DNA of 62,887 nt, the filler included, from Reclinomonas americana ATCC 50394 (lineage: Eukaryota), in assembly GCA_048213135.1 (NCBI GenBank). It is 7 parts of 5 records of this genome, joined end to end, with 100 filler letters (N's around TTAATTAATTAA, not from the genome) between each part and the next. Parts side by side here need not be neighbours in the genome. Positions count along the whole stretch, not along the records: positions 22,752 to 39,875 come from PS015661.1; positions 39,976 to 56,596 come from PS015661.1; 5 more parts are not named here. One strand, given 5' to 3'. Positions 36,501-54,700 of the stretch are shown here, one piece after another. The position numbers were made by a program, and so were the translations under genes. Below the pieces are notes generated by a model. It was given only the letters and a program-made list of their open reading frames with translations. It did not search any database and had not been told where the DNA came from. Positions within the stretch are counted from its first letter, which is position 1, and each line of letters begins with the position of its first letter.

Positions 36501-37041
36501 GACTCATTCTGCTGCAGCTGTTCTCCGGTCAGCCGATTGCCGAGGTGCACAAGTGGATCGAGGGGATGGTGGAGGACGACGACGTGGCGAGACTCGATGA
36601 GGCCGCTGTACTACTGGCCGACACCGCGGCCGGTCGGGGATGGCCCACGTCTGTCAATCGCCGTCTTGTGCGCTTGGCCATGCGGTGAGTAGTAAGCATC
36701 AGCCCCGAATTGCGTAGATCGTCCCTCAAGATTCGAGAAACAGCTGTGTTGACTATCGACCCAATCGCCGACCGAGTGCCGACGAGCTGGTGAGTGAGAT
36801 GCGCGATCTCACTGCGTTGTCGTGCCGTCGCACTTGCATTGTCTGTGCCAATGTGCGCGACACTCGACTGCGTCCGTGCGGACACGAAGTGATGTGCGGC
36901 AACTGTGCGCAACAAGTGGTCGAACGGCGCGGCGAGTGCCCACTCTGTCGCACTGCGGTCGCCCGTTTCGACTCGGGAGACGAGTATGGCTTCCACGCGT
37001 TTGTACCAGAACCACCTGCCGCAGCAGCCGTTCGTGTGTGA
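33530..37041 (+). pseudogene. TPR - coiled coil - kinase - RING paralogue, copy 2, with a premature TAG at 33815-33817
   Basis: Colinear tandem duplicate of 28395-31887 with the same introns. CAT TAG GAG replaces CAC AGT GAG; the remainder is intact. Confidence 0.65.
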
Positions 37042-37459
37042 TGACTGTGTCGCAAGTGCAAAACACGTAATTGGCAAGAATCATGTCTACTTCGTGCAGC
37101 TGTCAGAGGGAGACTGGCTGCAGGTGGAACCGCTGTAGCTGCCGCAGTAGTTGCCGTTGCCGAGGTGAGTGTCAGCGGCCACAGAAGCGCAGTTGTTGCA
37201 GGCGTAGTGGCACTGGCAAGTCAGATCGGCCAATGGAGACTGTGATTGTGTGCGCTAGAAGGGGAAGGTGAGTGCCAGCGGCCATGACCGGATAGCTGTT
37301 GCAGGCGTAGTGTAGCACTGGCAAGTCAGATTGGCCGATCGCGATGGAGATTGCGATTGTGTGCACGTGCGCAAGAAGGGGGGAGAGAGAGGGATAAACA
37401 AAGGAGAGAGTGAGGAGCGATCAAGCAAGAAGCTGTGAGGCTGCAGCGATGGAGATCAG

Positions 37460-37502
<43 letters not shown>

Positions 37503-37834
37503 ATCGCGCCTCACTCTCAACTCTACTGAGGTGATCACTCGGGATTCTCTGAAGTCGCTGGCGATGAGAATCCATTGATCTGAGTCGGTGGTGCACTTTC
37601 TCTTTTGATATCGACGCACCTTGCACTCACACTCTCGCACCACCCCTCCACTCCCGGACCGAATCCGAGCCTACACAGCTCTACTTGACTCACTTCCCTA
37701 ATTTGCAGTTTGGATTGCAAATACAAATTGATTGCCATGCCGAGAATATCACCGGAAACGGCAACAACGAGATTATTGTCTCTTTCGCACACACAAAAAC
37801 AGACACACTTGAGGAGAGCGAGACACTCCACGCC

Positions 37835-38303
37835 ATGAGTTACACAGGATACCTCCACGACGCGAACTCGCTGACGCTGTCCAAGCGCATCTTCAACACA
37901 AACTTGTTGCGTACTCCTCCCCTCTCCCTCTCTCCCTTCCTCTCTCTCTCTCTCACACACACTCTCTCTCCCCACACACAGCTCCCTTCTCACCCAGCCC
38001 ATGCAAAGTACCGCACAGGCCGCCTTCACGGGGTGAGCTGGCCTGCTCATTCGCAACAACCTCTCTTTGTTCGGGGGCACGCGTCTTCTCACTCAATCTC
38101 TCTCTCTCTCTACACATAGTGCACAAGACCCCGAGGCCAGAAGTACCGCCGAGAACCGACGCAGGCGGCACATGTACACAGGTGCACCTTCCCACGCACA
38201 CACATACCTTGTCACACTGCTGTCCCTGACTCGCGTGCGAACAGAGTTCAACACCAAGTTCATCAGGGACAGGTCCATCGAGAAGGCCATGACACACAAG
38301 TGA
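37835..38303 (+). CDS. Small hypothetical multi-exon protein
   Basis: A consistent GT-AG path gives MSYTGYLHDANSLTLSKRIFNTNF|SLLTQPMQSTAQAAFTG|AQDPEARSTAENRRRRHMYT|EFNTKFIRDRSIEKAMTHK*. The start is uncertain. Confidence 0.45.
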
Positions 38304-38360
38304 CAGCTGTTGCCTTCCCCGCTCATGAATGTATAGTCAGTGTTACCTCCACACATCATA

Positions 38361-44460
<6,100 letters not shown>

Positions 44461-44713
44461 GCCGACACTCAAGGCGGGACACACTTTTGCTCCCTTTTTA
44501 CCACCTCACTTCAAGTGCGCTCACAAAGTGGGTTTCACAAGCAAAGTTGCGGGAAAGTGACGTCACCACAATATTTTGTCCTTGGCTGAAGTTCAATCGA
44601 TGTCGTTCGCTGATAAGCTCTCTCCTCTCTCTCTCTCCAGCCTTTCCCTTCATGCATTCCCTGTGTTGTCTACATTGTGTATCTCCTTATATCCCTTTTT
44701 TTCCCCGTCACGA

Positions 44714-46816
44714 TCACGAATCATGCGAGGTGGAGCCTCCGGGGGCGGTCTTCCACGAGCGATCGGCGACAAACGGCATCATGGCCATGATGCGGGCTCG
44801 TTTGACTTCGCGTGCAATCAGGCGTTGCTCCTTGCGTGTGACAAGGGTCTGACGGCGCGGGAAGATGCGGCCGGTTTCGGCCGAGGTGAATTTGCGGAGG
44901 AGCCAAGAGTTGCGAAAGGTGAGTTCGGCGCGGTCGCGGTCGGCGAGGGGTGAGGCGCGCTTGCCTGTGTAGTGGGGGAAGGGATGATGAGGGAAAGGGG
45001 GAGGGGAGAAGGGGGAAATGGGAGTGAGGGAGCAGGGGAGAAGGGGGAAGAGGAAAAGGGGGGATAAGGAGGAAGGGGGAGGGAGAAGTTGAGCATGAGT
45101 GAGGACGGAGAACAGAGAGCGCAGCGAGGGCGACAAGCAACGCATGGGCAAGCGAGAAAGATTGAGCGACAGAGTCCCCGAAACAAAGAGAGAGATAGAG
45201 AGAGAGAGAGAGAAAGCACAAGGAGAGTGGAGGGAATAAGTGGAAGACTGGCACGTATCCTGAGTGAGAAAGGAGCACAACTGCAAGGGAACGAGTGCGA
45301 GGGTGAAGCAAGAATGAAGACGGACAGAGAAGTTCGGGAGGAGAATTTCAGTGAGGATGTTCAGCAAGTGGGGACAGCAGCGAGAGAGCGACCGAAGGCG
45401 TGACAATCAACAAGACTGGAAAAGTGGGGCAAACAGAAAGTTCGGGAGGGGTTGAGAGAGAGAGAGAGAGAGAGCAAGAGTGGGAAAGGAGCACGGGAAG
45501 ATAAACAACTGCATTGGAGCGAGCGAGAGAAAGACGCGGAGTGGAGACGGAGAAGATCGGGAGGCGAAGAAGGAAAGCAGAGGGCGAAGCGACGGGAACA
45601 TGCAACTGCATGGAAACGAGCAGAACCGAGTCCCCAAAACAAAGAGTGAAACGAAGAAGAGAAAGACGCGCGGAGAATGAGAGCGAGGAAGGGGAATGCA
45701 GCTGCAACACAGCGAGCGACAACTGAGCCCCGAAAGAGAGTGCATGAAACAGTGAGAGAGTAAGATAGTGAGGGGCTGCGAGGAACAGTAACGGTGAAGA
45801 TGGAGAGCACACCAACTGCAACGGGACTCTGAGGACAACTCAGAGAGAGACAATGCATCTCCGATTCAAGACAGGAGATCTCTTACCCCACTCCATGATC
45901 CTTCCCCTCAACAATGCTCACCAGTACCCGCTGCAGCACCAGGCACCGCCTGCGCTCCCGACACAGCACCACCACGACGGAATCCACTCGCCGGCGACAT
46001 CTCCTCCAAGTCCTCCAAATCGTAAAACTGGCCCGCAAAGAAGGTCTTCGATGGATGTTTTCTAAAAAAACACAAAGGGAGGGAACAAGTCAACAACAAC
46101 AGAGAGAGAGAAAGCATAACAAGGGTGAATGCACACACCTCAGCTTGTCAATGGCCTCCGGATCGTCGTCGCCACTCCCTGCAACAAAGTTGTAATCAGA
46201 AGAACACAAAGAGAGAGAGAGAGAGACAGGGGCATGAGGAAGACACACACGGAGACAAACAGAGAGTGAGAAGAGAGAGAAAAGAGAGAGAAAAGAGAGA
46301 GACAGAAAACTGAGAAAGAGTGAGAATGCAAGTGAATCACACTCTCATCCACACACACACACACTCTCTCACACACCCTTTCTCTCTCTCTCGCTCTCTC
46401 TCTCACACACACAATGACTCATCACCATCTCCCCTTCTCTCTCCCTCTCCCTCACACACACACACCTCGCGCTCCTCGTCCATACAACACCGGCGGCGCA
46501 CGCGCAACCGCCTGCGGACGCGCACCACTCGTCGTCGTCGCCGCGGCCATGTCACTCTCACTTTGCACCTCGCCCGCCTCCTCATCACCACGTGACGGCT
46601 GCTGCGACTGCTTCTTGCCAAAGATAGAGGCAGCAGTGGGCGCAGCGCGGGAAGAGGGCCCGCCGCCAGAGAACCATCGCATCACGCCATCACCGCGGCC
46701 TGGTGAACAAGAAAAAAACAGTGAGCGCGCGCGCACAGACGCAGACAGAGAAGACTATGTGTGCGTGTGTGTGCGTAACGTGATGGGGAGAGCAATCGCG
46801 CGAGACGAAAGAGCAT
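44714..46816 (-). CDS. Mitochondrial ribosomal protein bS18m (RSM18-like)
   Basis: Presequence-like MLFRLARLLSPSR|RGDGVMRWFS; KTFFAGQFYDLEDL; S18 domain FRNSWLLRKFTSAETGRIFPRRQT..QRLIAREVKRARIMAMMPF. Confidence 0.88.
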
Positions 46817-47281
46817 GGTGTGTGTGTGTGTTGTGGGGACAAACGCGTTGCCACTGTAAACACAGAAACTGATCTGTACACAACAGTAGAATTCACCGCG
46901 TATTCCACGCACTGTCATCACCACAGACTGCTGCTTCTTGCCAAAGATAGAGGCAGCAGTGGGCGCAGCGCGGGAAGAGGGCCCGCCGCCAGAGAACCAT
47001 CGCATCACGCCATCACCGCCTGGTGAACAAGAGAAAAACACAGTGAGCGCGCGCGCACAGACGCAGGCAGAGAAGACTGTGTGTGTGTGCGTAACGTGAT
47101 GGGGAGAGCAATCGCGCGAGACGAAAGAGCATGGTGTGTGTGTGTGTGTGTGTGGGGACAAACACGTTGCCACTGTAAACACAGAAACTGATCCGTACAC
47201 AACAGTGACTTAATATGGGTTTACGCTCTCTCCAGGGCACACAGCCCACCAATAGAATTCACCGTGCATTCCACGCACTGC
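46605..47281. repeat. Tandem duplication (~310 bp) of the bS18m promoter, exon 1, intron 1 and start of exon 2
   Basis: 46605-46915 and 46928-47281 are near-identical apart from small indels. Confidence 0.92.
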
Positions 47282-47446
47282 CGATTGCTATTTTTTTTGC
47301 GCACCAACAACAAGAGTCGCCTGCAGTCATCAAATCTTTCACGATCCGGAGGCAATTGTAAAGCCACGGTGCCCGCAATATATTGAGCTGCAGCGGCAAC
47401 ATGCATATGTAGAATCCGGATATCGATCCAGGCATGTGCGCCGTGG

Positions 47447-47530
47447 TTTCTCTTGCAGAAACGCCAGCATTAGACTTCTCGACTTTTTTCGTTTTTTCCG
47501 TGATGTCTGAGTTTCTGGTGCCCACTCAAG
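47447..47530. repeat. Dispersed repeat B, copy 1
   Basis: tttctcttgcagaaacgccagcatt..ctcgactttttt..tgatgtctga..cactcaag matches 58434-58522. Confidence 0.85.
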
Positions 47531-47619
47531 ATGGTCATCATCATGCAGCTGTGTTGCTGTTTGGATTAGTAAAGTTGTTGTTGTTGTTGCTGTTGTTATA
47601 TTATCGATATCGATCAGAT

Positions 47620-47716
47620 ACACTGCGAAGATTGTCCGCCTGCGGCTCGTGGACGTTCACTACGTCGACATGGTAGTGCGTGCCGAAAAGTGGCGTGGTC
47701 GCGACGTTGACTGTGA
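47620..47716 (+). pseudogene. Degenerate copy of the terminal PAN-domain exon of the downstream gene
   Basis: SACGSWTFTTSTW*CVPKSGVVAT versus TACGSWTFTTSTKQCVPKSGVVAT at ~57502-57573. Confidence 0.75.
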
Positions 47717-47848
47717 GGTATGCGTTACAGAAACGGCGATCGCATGGCATCTGCGTGACGTTGACAATTTTGGCGCCAAAATCGTCGTTTCAACCGTTTC
47801 CTCTCTCCCACTCTCGCGTGTGAGCGACTTCTTCGTCGTCCGTCGCTC

Positions 47849-48732
47849 ATGCGCTTCACCGTGATGCGCGTGCTCTTCAGCATCACGCTCCTCGTCCACT
47901 TACTCGTGCACTCTCCACTCACTTTTGCAAGTTGCGTGCGTGTGCGGGTTATGCACTTAACCTTATCCCCGCCGCGTGTGTCTCGTTCGACTCTCACTTG
48001 CACATTACACGCACCACTCGACTCTCCATGCAGACGCCCAGACAGTGACCACCGCTGTCGCCAACAACATCACTGGCTCGTCCGCCACTCTCAATGCATG
48101 GGTCAATCCCAACAGCGTCGCCGGCGGCACCACCAACTCGTTCGAGTGGTCTCCTTACGCTGCCGCCATTGGCGTCTCTCCAGCCAATGTCTCCACCGTC
48201 GCAGGCACATCTGGCTCATTGGGAACAACCGATGGCGTGGGCGCAAGTGCACGATTCTATGCACCATTGGTTCGTGCACTTTTGCAGCGACGAATGCCAT
48301 GCGCATTCGCTGACACATTGAGTGTGTGCGCTCTTAACAGGGAGTGGCTGTGGATGCCACAGGCAACGTATATGTGGGCGATTACGGGTTTGTCATGCAC
48401 CGTGCCACTCATCTGTGACTCATCGCTTGTTGCTCTCTCGCACTCTTACACGCGATGATGATGGCAGCAACTGTCGCATTCGACGCATCACCCCTGCAGC
48501 CACAGTGACCACCTTTGCGGGAGGCACATGCGGCCTCGTGGATGGCACAGGAGTGGCAGCTCAGTTCAAAAAGTGCGTGCTTCTTCTTCTCATCAGTGCT
48601 CTTGTTCTTGTTGTTGTTGTTGTTGTTGTTTATGTTCTTCTTCTCCTCCTCCTCCACCTCCTCCTCCTCCTCATCATTATCAGCATCCTCCCCACGGTCC
48701 TCGTCCTCATCGTCTTCTCCTTCTTCTCTTCT

Positions 48733-48791
<59 letters not shown>

Positions 48792-51700
48792 CCTTCCCCA
48801 CTCGCTCACTCACTCATAGTGTTGCCAATCTGGCCATCGACCAAACCACTGGCACCATCTATGTCGCCGATGTGAGTGTTTGCTGCTATGCAGACAGACA
48901 CACATATCTGCTGACTCTGTGCATCTCTCTCCCACAGTTGACAAACCACGCTGTGCGCGCGGTCACTGCAGCGGCCGTGGTCACCACACTAGCAGGCAAC
49001 GGAGCGGCGGGGAGTGCCAATGGCACGGGTGCAGCTGCCTCGTTCAATCAGCCGATAGGCATCACAGTGGATACCACGAACCAAGTGATGTATGTGGGCG
49101 AGTATATCAACAAAACCATTCGGCGAGTGACCTATGCTGGTGCGGTGACGACCTTTTGCGGCACTGCGGGCGCGAGTGGCACTGCCGATGGTGCGTGTGC
49201 GGGAGCGGCGCGATTCGGTGGTCCCAACAGTGTGCTTCTCGTCGGCACCACGCTGTATGTTGGTGAGTGCTGTGAGGCAGAGAGACGCCCTACCTCTCTG
49301 CTCATCTGCGCCTTCTCTATGTGAGTGCAGCCGACCGTGCGAACAACTCCATCCGCGCCATCGACACAGTGGCGATGACGGTGACAACGGTGGCGGGTTC
49401 AACGAGCGGTGCATCTGGATCCACGGATGCCACCGGTGAGTTCATTGCCCTTGTGTTATCGTGTGCACACTCGTGCTGATCGATGCGCGCCAGGAACGGC
49501 TGCGCGCTTCAACAATCCAATCGGACTGGCAAACGACGCCGGAAGCAACGTCATCTACATTTCCGATGTTGAGTGTCTCCCCCTGCTCTCTCCCCGCAGC
49601 CGTGTTTCGCTTTCAGCACTGACTGCGTGCGGATTATCCGTAGAATGCCAATAACACTGTGCGGCAATTCCGAGTGTCAGACTCGTCAGTGACCACCATT
49701 GCTGGCGCGGCGGGCGTGAGCGGATCAGCCAATGGCAGCGCACTGACCACGGCACGCTTCAACTCGATCAACCAACTCGCATTCGATGCCTCGACGGCAT
49801 CCGTGTTGGTTGCCGAGTTCGCCACACACACCATCCGTCGCCTCTCCCTTGCATCTCAATCGGTGTCGGCCACACCCGCCACCGCCACTGGCTCCCTCGC
49901 CACTTCCATCACCGCCTCACTGACTGGATTGGCGAGCAACTGGACCTACTACTATCGCGCCGTCGGTGTCACCTCCGCGCCCAGCACCATCAATGGCGCC
50001 ACCGTGTCTTTCACCACCACCACCAACGTGGCTCCGACCGATATTAGCTGCTCGTCGACAACGTATGTGTCGCCGTCGGTGGCGAATCAAGTCGTGTGTG
50101 CGCTGCAGACGACCGATGCCAACACGGGCCAGTCATTCACATACTCGATTGTCGGTGGCGCCAACAGTGCAGTGTTTTCGATCAGCGGGCAGTCGCTGGT
50201 GATTGTGGCGGCCGGGCAGGCGGGCAGCCCGCTGGCGGTGACGATTCGGTCGACGGACAATGGAACGCCGCCGCTGTTCTTCGACAAGGCGTTCACCATT
50301 ACCACGGGTGAGGCACTGTGGTGGTGCATTACAAGAACAAGAAAAAGAAAGAGGAGAAGAAGAAGGAGATGGAGGAGGAGGAGGAGAGGAAGAAGAAGAG
50401 AAAGAGACAAAGAAGGAGATGGAGAAGAAGGAGGAGGAGAAGAAGAAGCATGANNNNNNNNNNNNNNNNNNNNGGAGGAAGAGGAGGAGGAGGAGGAGGA
50501 GAAAGACGCGAAGAAGGAGGAGAAGAAAAAGAAGGAGATCGAGGAAGAGGAGGAGGAGGAGAAGAAAAAGAAGAAGAAGGAGAAGAGGAAGTGGAAGAGA
50601 TGATGAAGAAAAAGAACAAGAACAAGAAGAAGAAGAAGAGGAACAACAACAAGAAGAAGAAGAAGAAGAAGAAGAAGAAGAAGAAATGAAGAAGGATAGG
50701 AAGAAGGAGAAGAAGAAGGAGAAGAAAAAGAGGAAAGGAAGAAGAAGAAGAGCAAGAAAATAAACAAGAAAGGCGAAGAGAATAGGAATCGAGGTTGACC
50801 ATAACAGCATGAAGTTGATGAGAAACAAAGAAGGAGCAAGAGATACAGACAGAGAGTACACAAGACAAAGTTTTTCTTTTCTTCTTCTTGTTCTTCTTGT
50901 TCTTCTTGTTCTTCTTGATATTCTTCTTGCTCTTCTTGTTTTTCTTCTTCTTTCTTCTTCTCCTCCTCCTCTAACTCTCCCTCGTTCTCCTCCTTCTCCT
51001 TCTTCTTCGTCTCCTTCTCATTCTTCTCCTTCTCCGTACTCTTCTTCTTCTTCTTCTTCTTCTTCCTCTTCCTCTTCCTCTTCCTCGTCCTCGTCCTCCT
51101 CGTCCTCCTCCTTCTCCCACTCCTCCTCCTTCCCTCCTCCTTTTTCTTTTCCTTTTCCTCCTCTTCCTCCTTCTCCTCCTCTTCCCCCTCCTCCTCCATC
51201 ACCTCCTCCCCCTCCTTCTCCTTCCCCACCCCCTCCTCCCCTCCTTCTCCCCTCCTTCTCCTCCACCCTCCTCCTCCTCCCCCTCCCCTCTCTCCCTCTC
51301 TCCTTCACCTTCTCCTGTTCTGACAATATCCCCTTTGTGTGCAACAGCCACTCAATCGCTGGCCACCCTTGCGGCCAACAGTGTCACGACCTCGTCGGCG
51401 ACATTGAATGCGGTGGTGGGCAACTCTGTGGCCGCCTCGACAATGACAAACTCGTTCGAGTGGGCGCCCTCTTCGGCTGCGCTCGGCATCACGCCAGCAG
51501 TGTCGTCGTGGGTGGGCGTGGCTGGCACGTCAGGCACGACAGATGCCACGGGAAATGCTGCGCGATTTTTCAGGCCGGTTGTGCGTTCCTCGTCGCTCCT
51601 CTTGTCGCCAGCGTCACTTTCGTGCCGCTTATGCGAAAAAATCGTAGGGCATTGCATTCGACACATCGGGCACTGCCTTTGTTTGCGACCAGCAAAATCA

Positions 51701-54700
51701 CACACTGCGACGCGTGACAAGCGGTGGCGTGGTGTCGACGTTTCTGGGAACTGCGGGAGTGTTGGGCCTGGTTGACGGAGTCGGTAGTGCGGCGCAGCTC
51801 AACGGTCCGACTGACGTGTCCATTGACCCAAACACCGGGTACATGTACATCGATGATGTTGCGCGGTGACTTTCTTGCCACCCATCCAAACTCAGTCTCT
51901 CACGTGCACTGACGCCCACGTGCAGCAATGGAACCACGCAATCCGTGTGAGCACCCCTTCCGGCTCTGTGGCGACGCTGGCTGGCAACGGGACGACAGGC
52001 TATGCTAATGGCACTGGATCGGTTGCACGATTCAACTGGCCGCACGGCGTTGTGATTGATTCGTCGAACAAGGTGGTGTATGTTGGTGACTGGCAGAACT
52101 CGGCTGTGAGAAAGGTGCGTGCATGCATCTGTGCTTGCAGCTGTGCGATCGCACAAGCGCGCTCAGCCACCATCCAGACTCAGTTCTGTACTCTCCTTTC
52201 GCAAGTTGACTCACAGTTGCTCAGCGCAACGAATACGTGGTGCACAGCTAGTGCACATACTGCTTGTCCTCCCTCTTCTGTCTCATTCCAACCACTCACA
52301 TCTCAACAACCATATCGACAAGCAGCTTATGGGTTCCACTCCGTGCCCACTATCATCGTCCTCCATCACCTCGCTCTCCTTCTCTCCATCGACAAAATGT
52401 CGCTCTCTCATTTTTTCACTTCCCTCTCGATCTCCCTCTCCCTTCCGTTCACCGCCATTCTCCTTCATCCACCCTATCGACGCTCCTTCACCACTGTCGC
52501 CTTCTTCATTCATGTCGTTCTCCTCTCCTCTTTCCCTTCTCTAAACTTGCAACACGACTTCATGGAGGCACCCTCCCTCTTCTTTCTCCTTCCAACCACT
52601 CGTATGTAAAGTCAATCGACACGACGATCAGTTTGTAGGCACCGCTCAATCGCTCACGTCTTACCCCTTCATCTCCCTCAGACTCACTGAAGCACAGATG
52701 TGCAGATATTGCCTCTCTGCACTCTTTCACTTCCTCTCTCGGTCCCCCTGGCTCGCACTTCAATAGCTACATCAATCTCTCATCTTCTCCTCTCTGCATC
52801 CCTTTCTTGACTTGCAGCACGACCTCAGCTGAGCACAGCTTGTTCAGATTCTGCCGCTTCGCTCTCCCTCTCGCACGCTTCAACAGTCACAACACAATCT
52901 CTCTCTCCCATCTCCCATCTCTCCACCTTCACTTCTCGTTCTTACTCTTCGCCCTCCTTTCTCCTTCATCGTAGGTCACTTATGGCGGTGAGGTCACCAC
53001 GTACTGTGGTGTGATTGGGTCGATTGGCACAATCGATGGACCCTGCTCCACAACCGCGAGGTTTGGTGGACCTACTGGCGTCGCATTGGACACGGCAGCC
53101 AATCGGCTTTACGTAGGTGGTGTACCTACCATGCATGCCTGTGTGTGACTGCTGAAATAGAAGTGCTCACATTCAAGAGATGAGCAGCTGATCGGAACCG
53201 CAGCAACGTTCGCGTGATCGACTTGCTGACATCGACTGTGTCAACCGTGGCCGGCTCGCTCACCGCCGCAACTGGAACGACCGATGCCACGGGCACTGCA
53301 GCTCTTTTCAACCAACCCGCTGGCATCCAGGTGGATCGAGCACGAGGCGTGCTTTACATTGCTGATGTTTCGTGATGTGGCTGATTCGTCGACTCGTCTC
53401 GCTTCGACTTTTAATTCAGCGCGATTCGCATAGATCTACAACCACACGATTCGCCAAATTGTTATCAGCACGAGTGCTGTCACAACCATTGCTGGGGCTG
53501 CAGGAGTCAGTGGATCAGCTGACGGAAGCCCACTCACCGTTGCTCGATTTTCGTATCCGGTTCGCTCACAGTTGTCGCGATCTGTTTAGAATGGGTACGC
53601 TCGTGAGCTCATTGATTGGAGTGCAGCACATGATGTCGTACCAAGCCGCATCGTCCACACTGTACATTGGAGGTGTGTGATCCTCGAGGACTCTCCTTGA
53701 TCGTTTGACCATCATCTCCCAACACCATTCCTCAGAGTGGAACAATAACGCCATCCGCCGACTCACCATTGGCTCCACCACTGTCTCCGCCACCCCGGCC
53801 ACCTCCGGTGTCGCCTCCAGCACCGCCCTCACCGCCTCACTGACGTCGCTCGCCGCCAACTGGACGTACTACTTCCGTGCCCTCGCCACCTCCACCGTGC
53901 CCAGCACCCTCACCGGCTCCACCATGTCCTTCACCACCTCCAACTCGACACCGTCCGACATTGCGTGTTCTGGAACGACAACGTATGTCGCGCCGTCAAC
54001 GGCCAGCGTTCCACTTTGCACGATGAGCACCAGCGACAGTGATGGAGGCCAGTCGTACACGTATGCGGTCAGCGGTGGAGCGAACGGCAGTGCATTTGCG
54101 GTGAGCGCTGGCGCGCAGCTGCAAATCACCTCAGCGGGACAGTCGGCCAGTCCCCTAGTCGTCACGATTCGCTCGTTCGATAATGGCACGCCGCCGATGT
54201 TCTTCGACAAGTCATTCAATGTGACGTCGGGTGAGTGGATTGTTGATTGAAACTGTTGTGTTTCTTGGTGTGGATGCTGACCTTGTCTTCCCGTCAGTGA
54301 ACAATGCACCGACGGCGGTGACGCTGAGCGCGAGCTCGTACATCCCGCCTAGCACGGCAGGACTGGCGATTGGCACGATGAGCACGAGTGACGTGGACTC
54401 GCAGCAGTCGTTCACGTACTCGGTGGTGGGTGGTTCCAGCAGCGCATTGGTGACCATTGTGTCTGGCAATCAGCTGCAGTTTGCGAGTGCGGGTGTGACA
54501 GCGTCGCTGGTGGTGATTGTGCGTACGACCGACAATGGCAATCCTGCCATGTCATTCGATCAGACGCTCAACATTGCAGGTGTGTGCTATTCCGATAATG
54601 TGTTGTTGTGATGCACGATGATGCTGATTACCCTCCCATTTTGCATGCAGCACCCACTGTGACATCGCTGTCGGCCACTTTCGTGTCGGCGCTGGCTGGC

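Noticed and set aside
37835..38033. Mitochondrial mS33/RSM27 (LSKRIFNTN..RTG)
   Set aside because: That splice path lacks the RGKGxPKK C-terminus and the similarity is too short.
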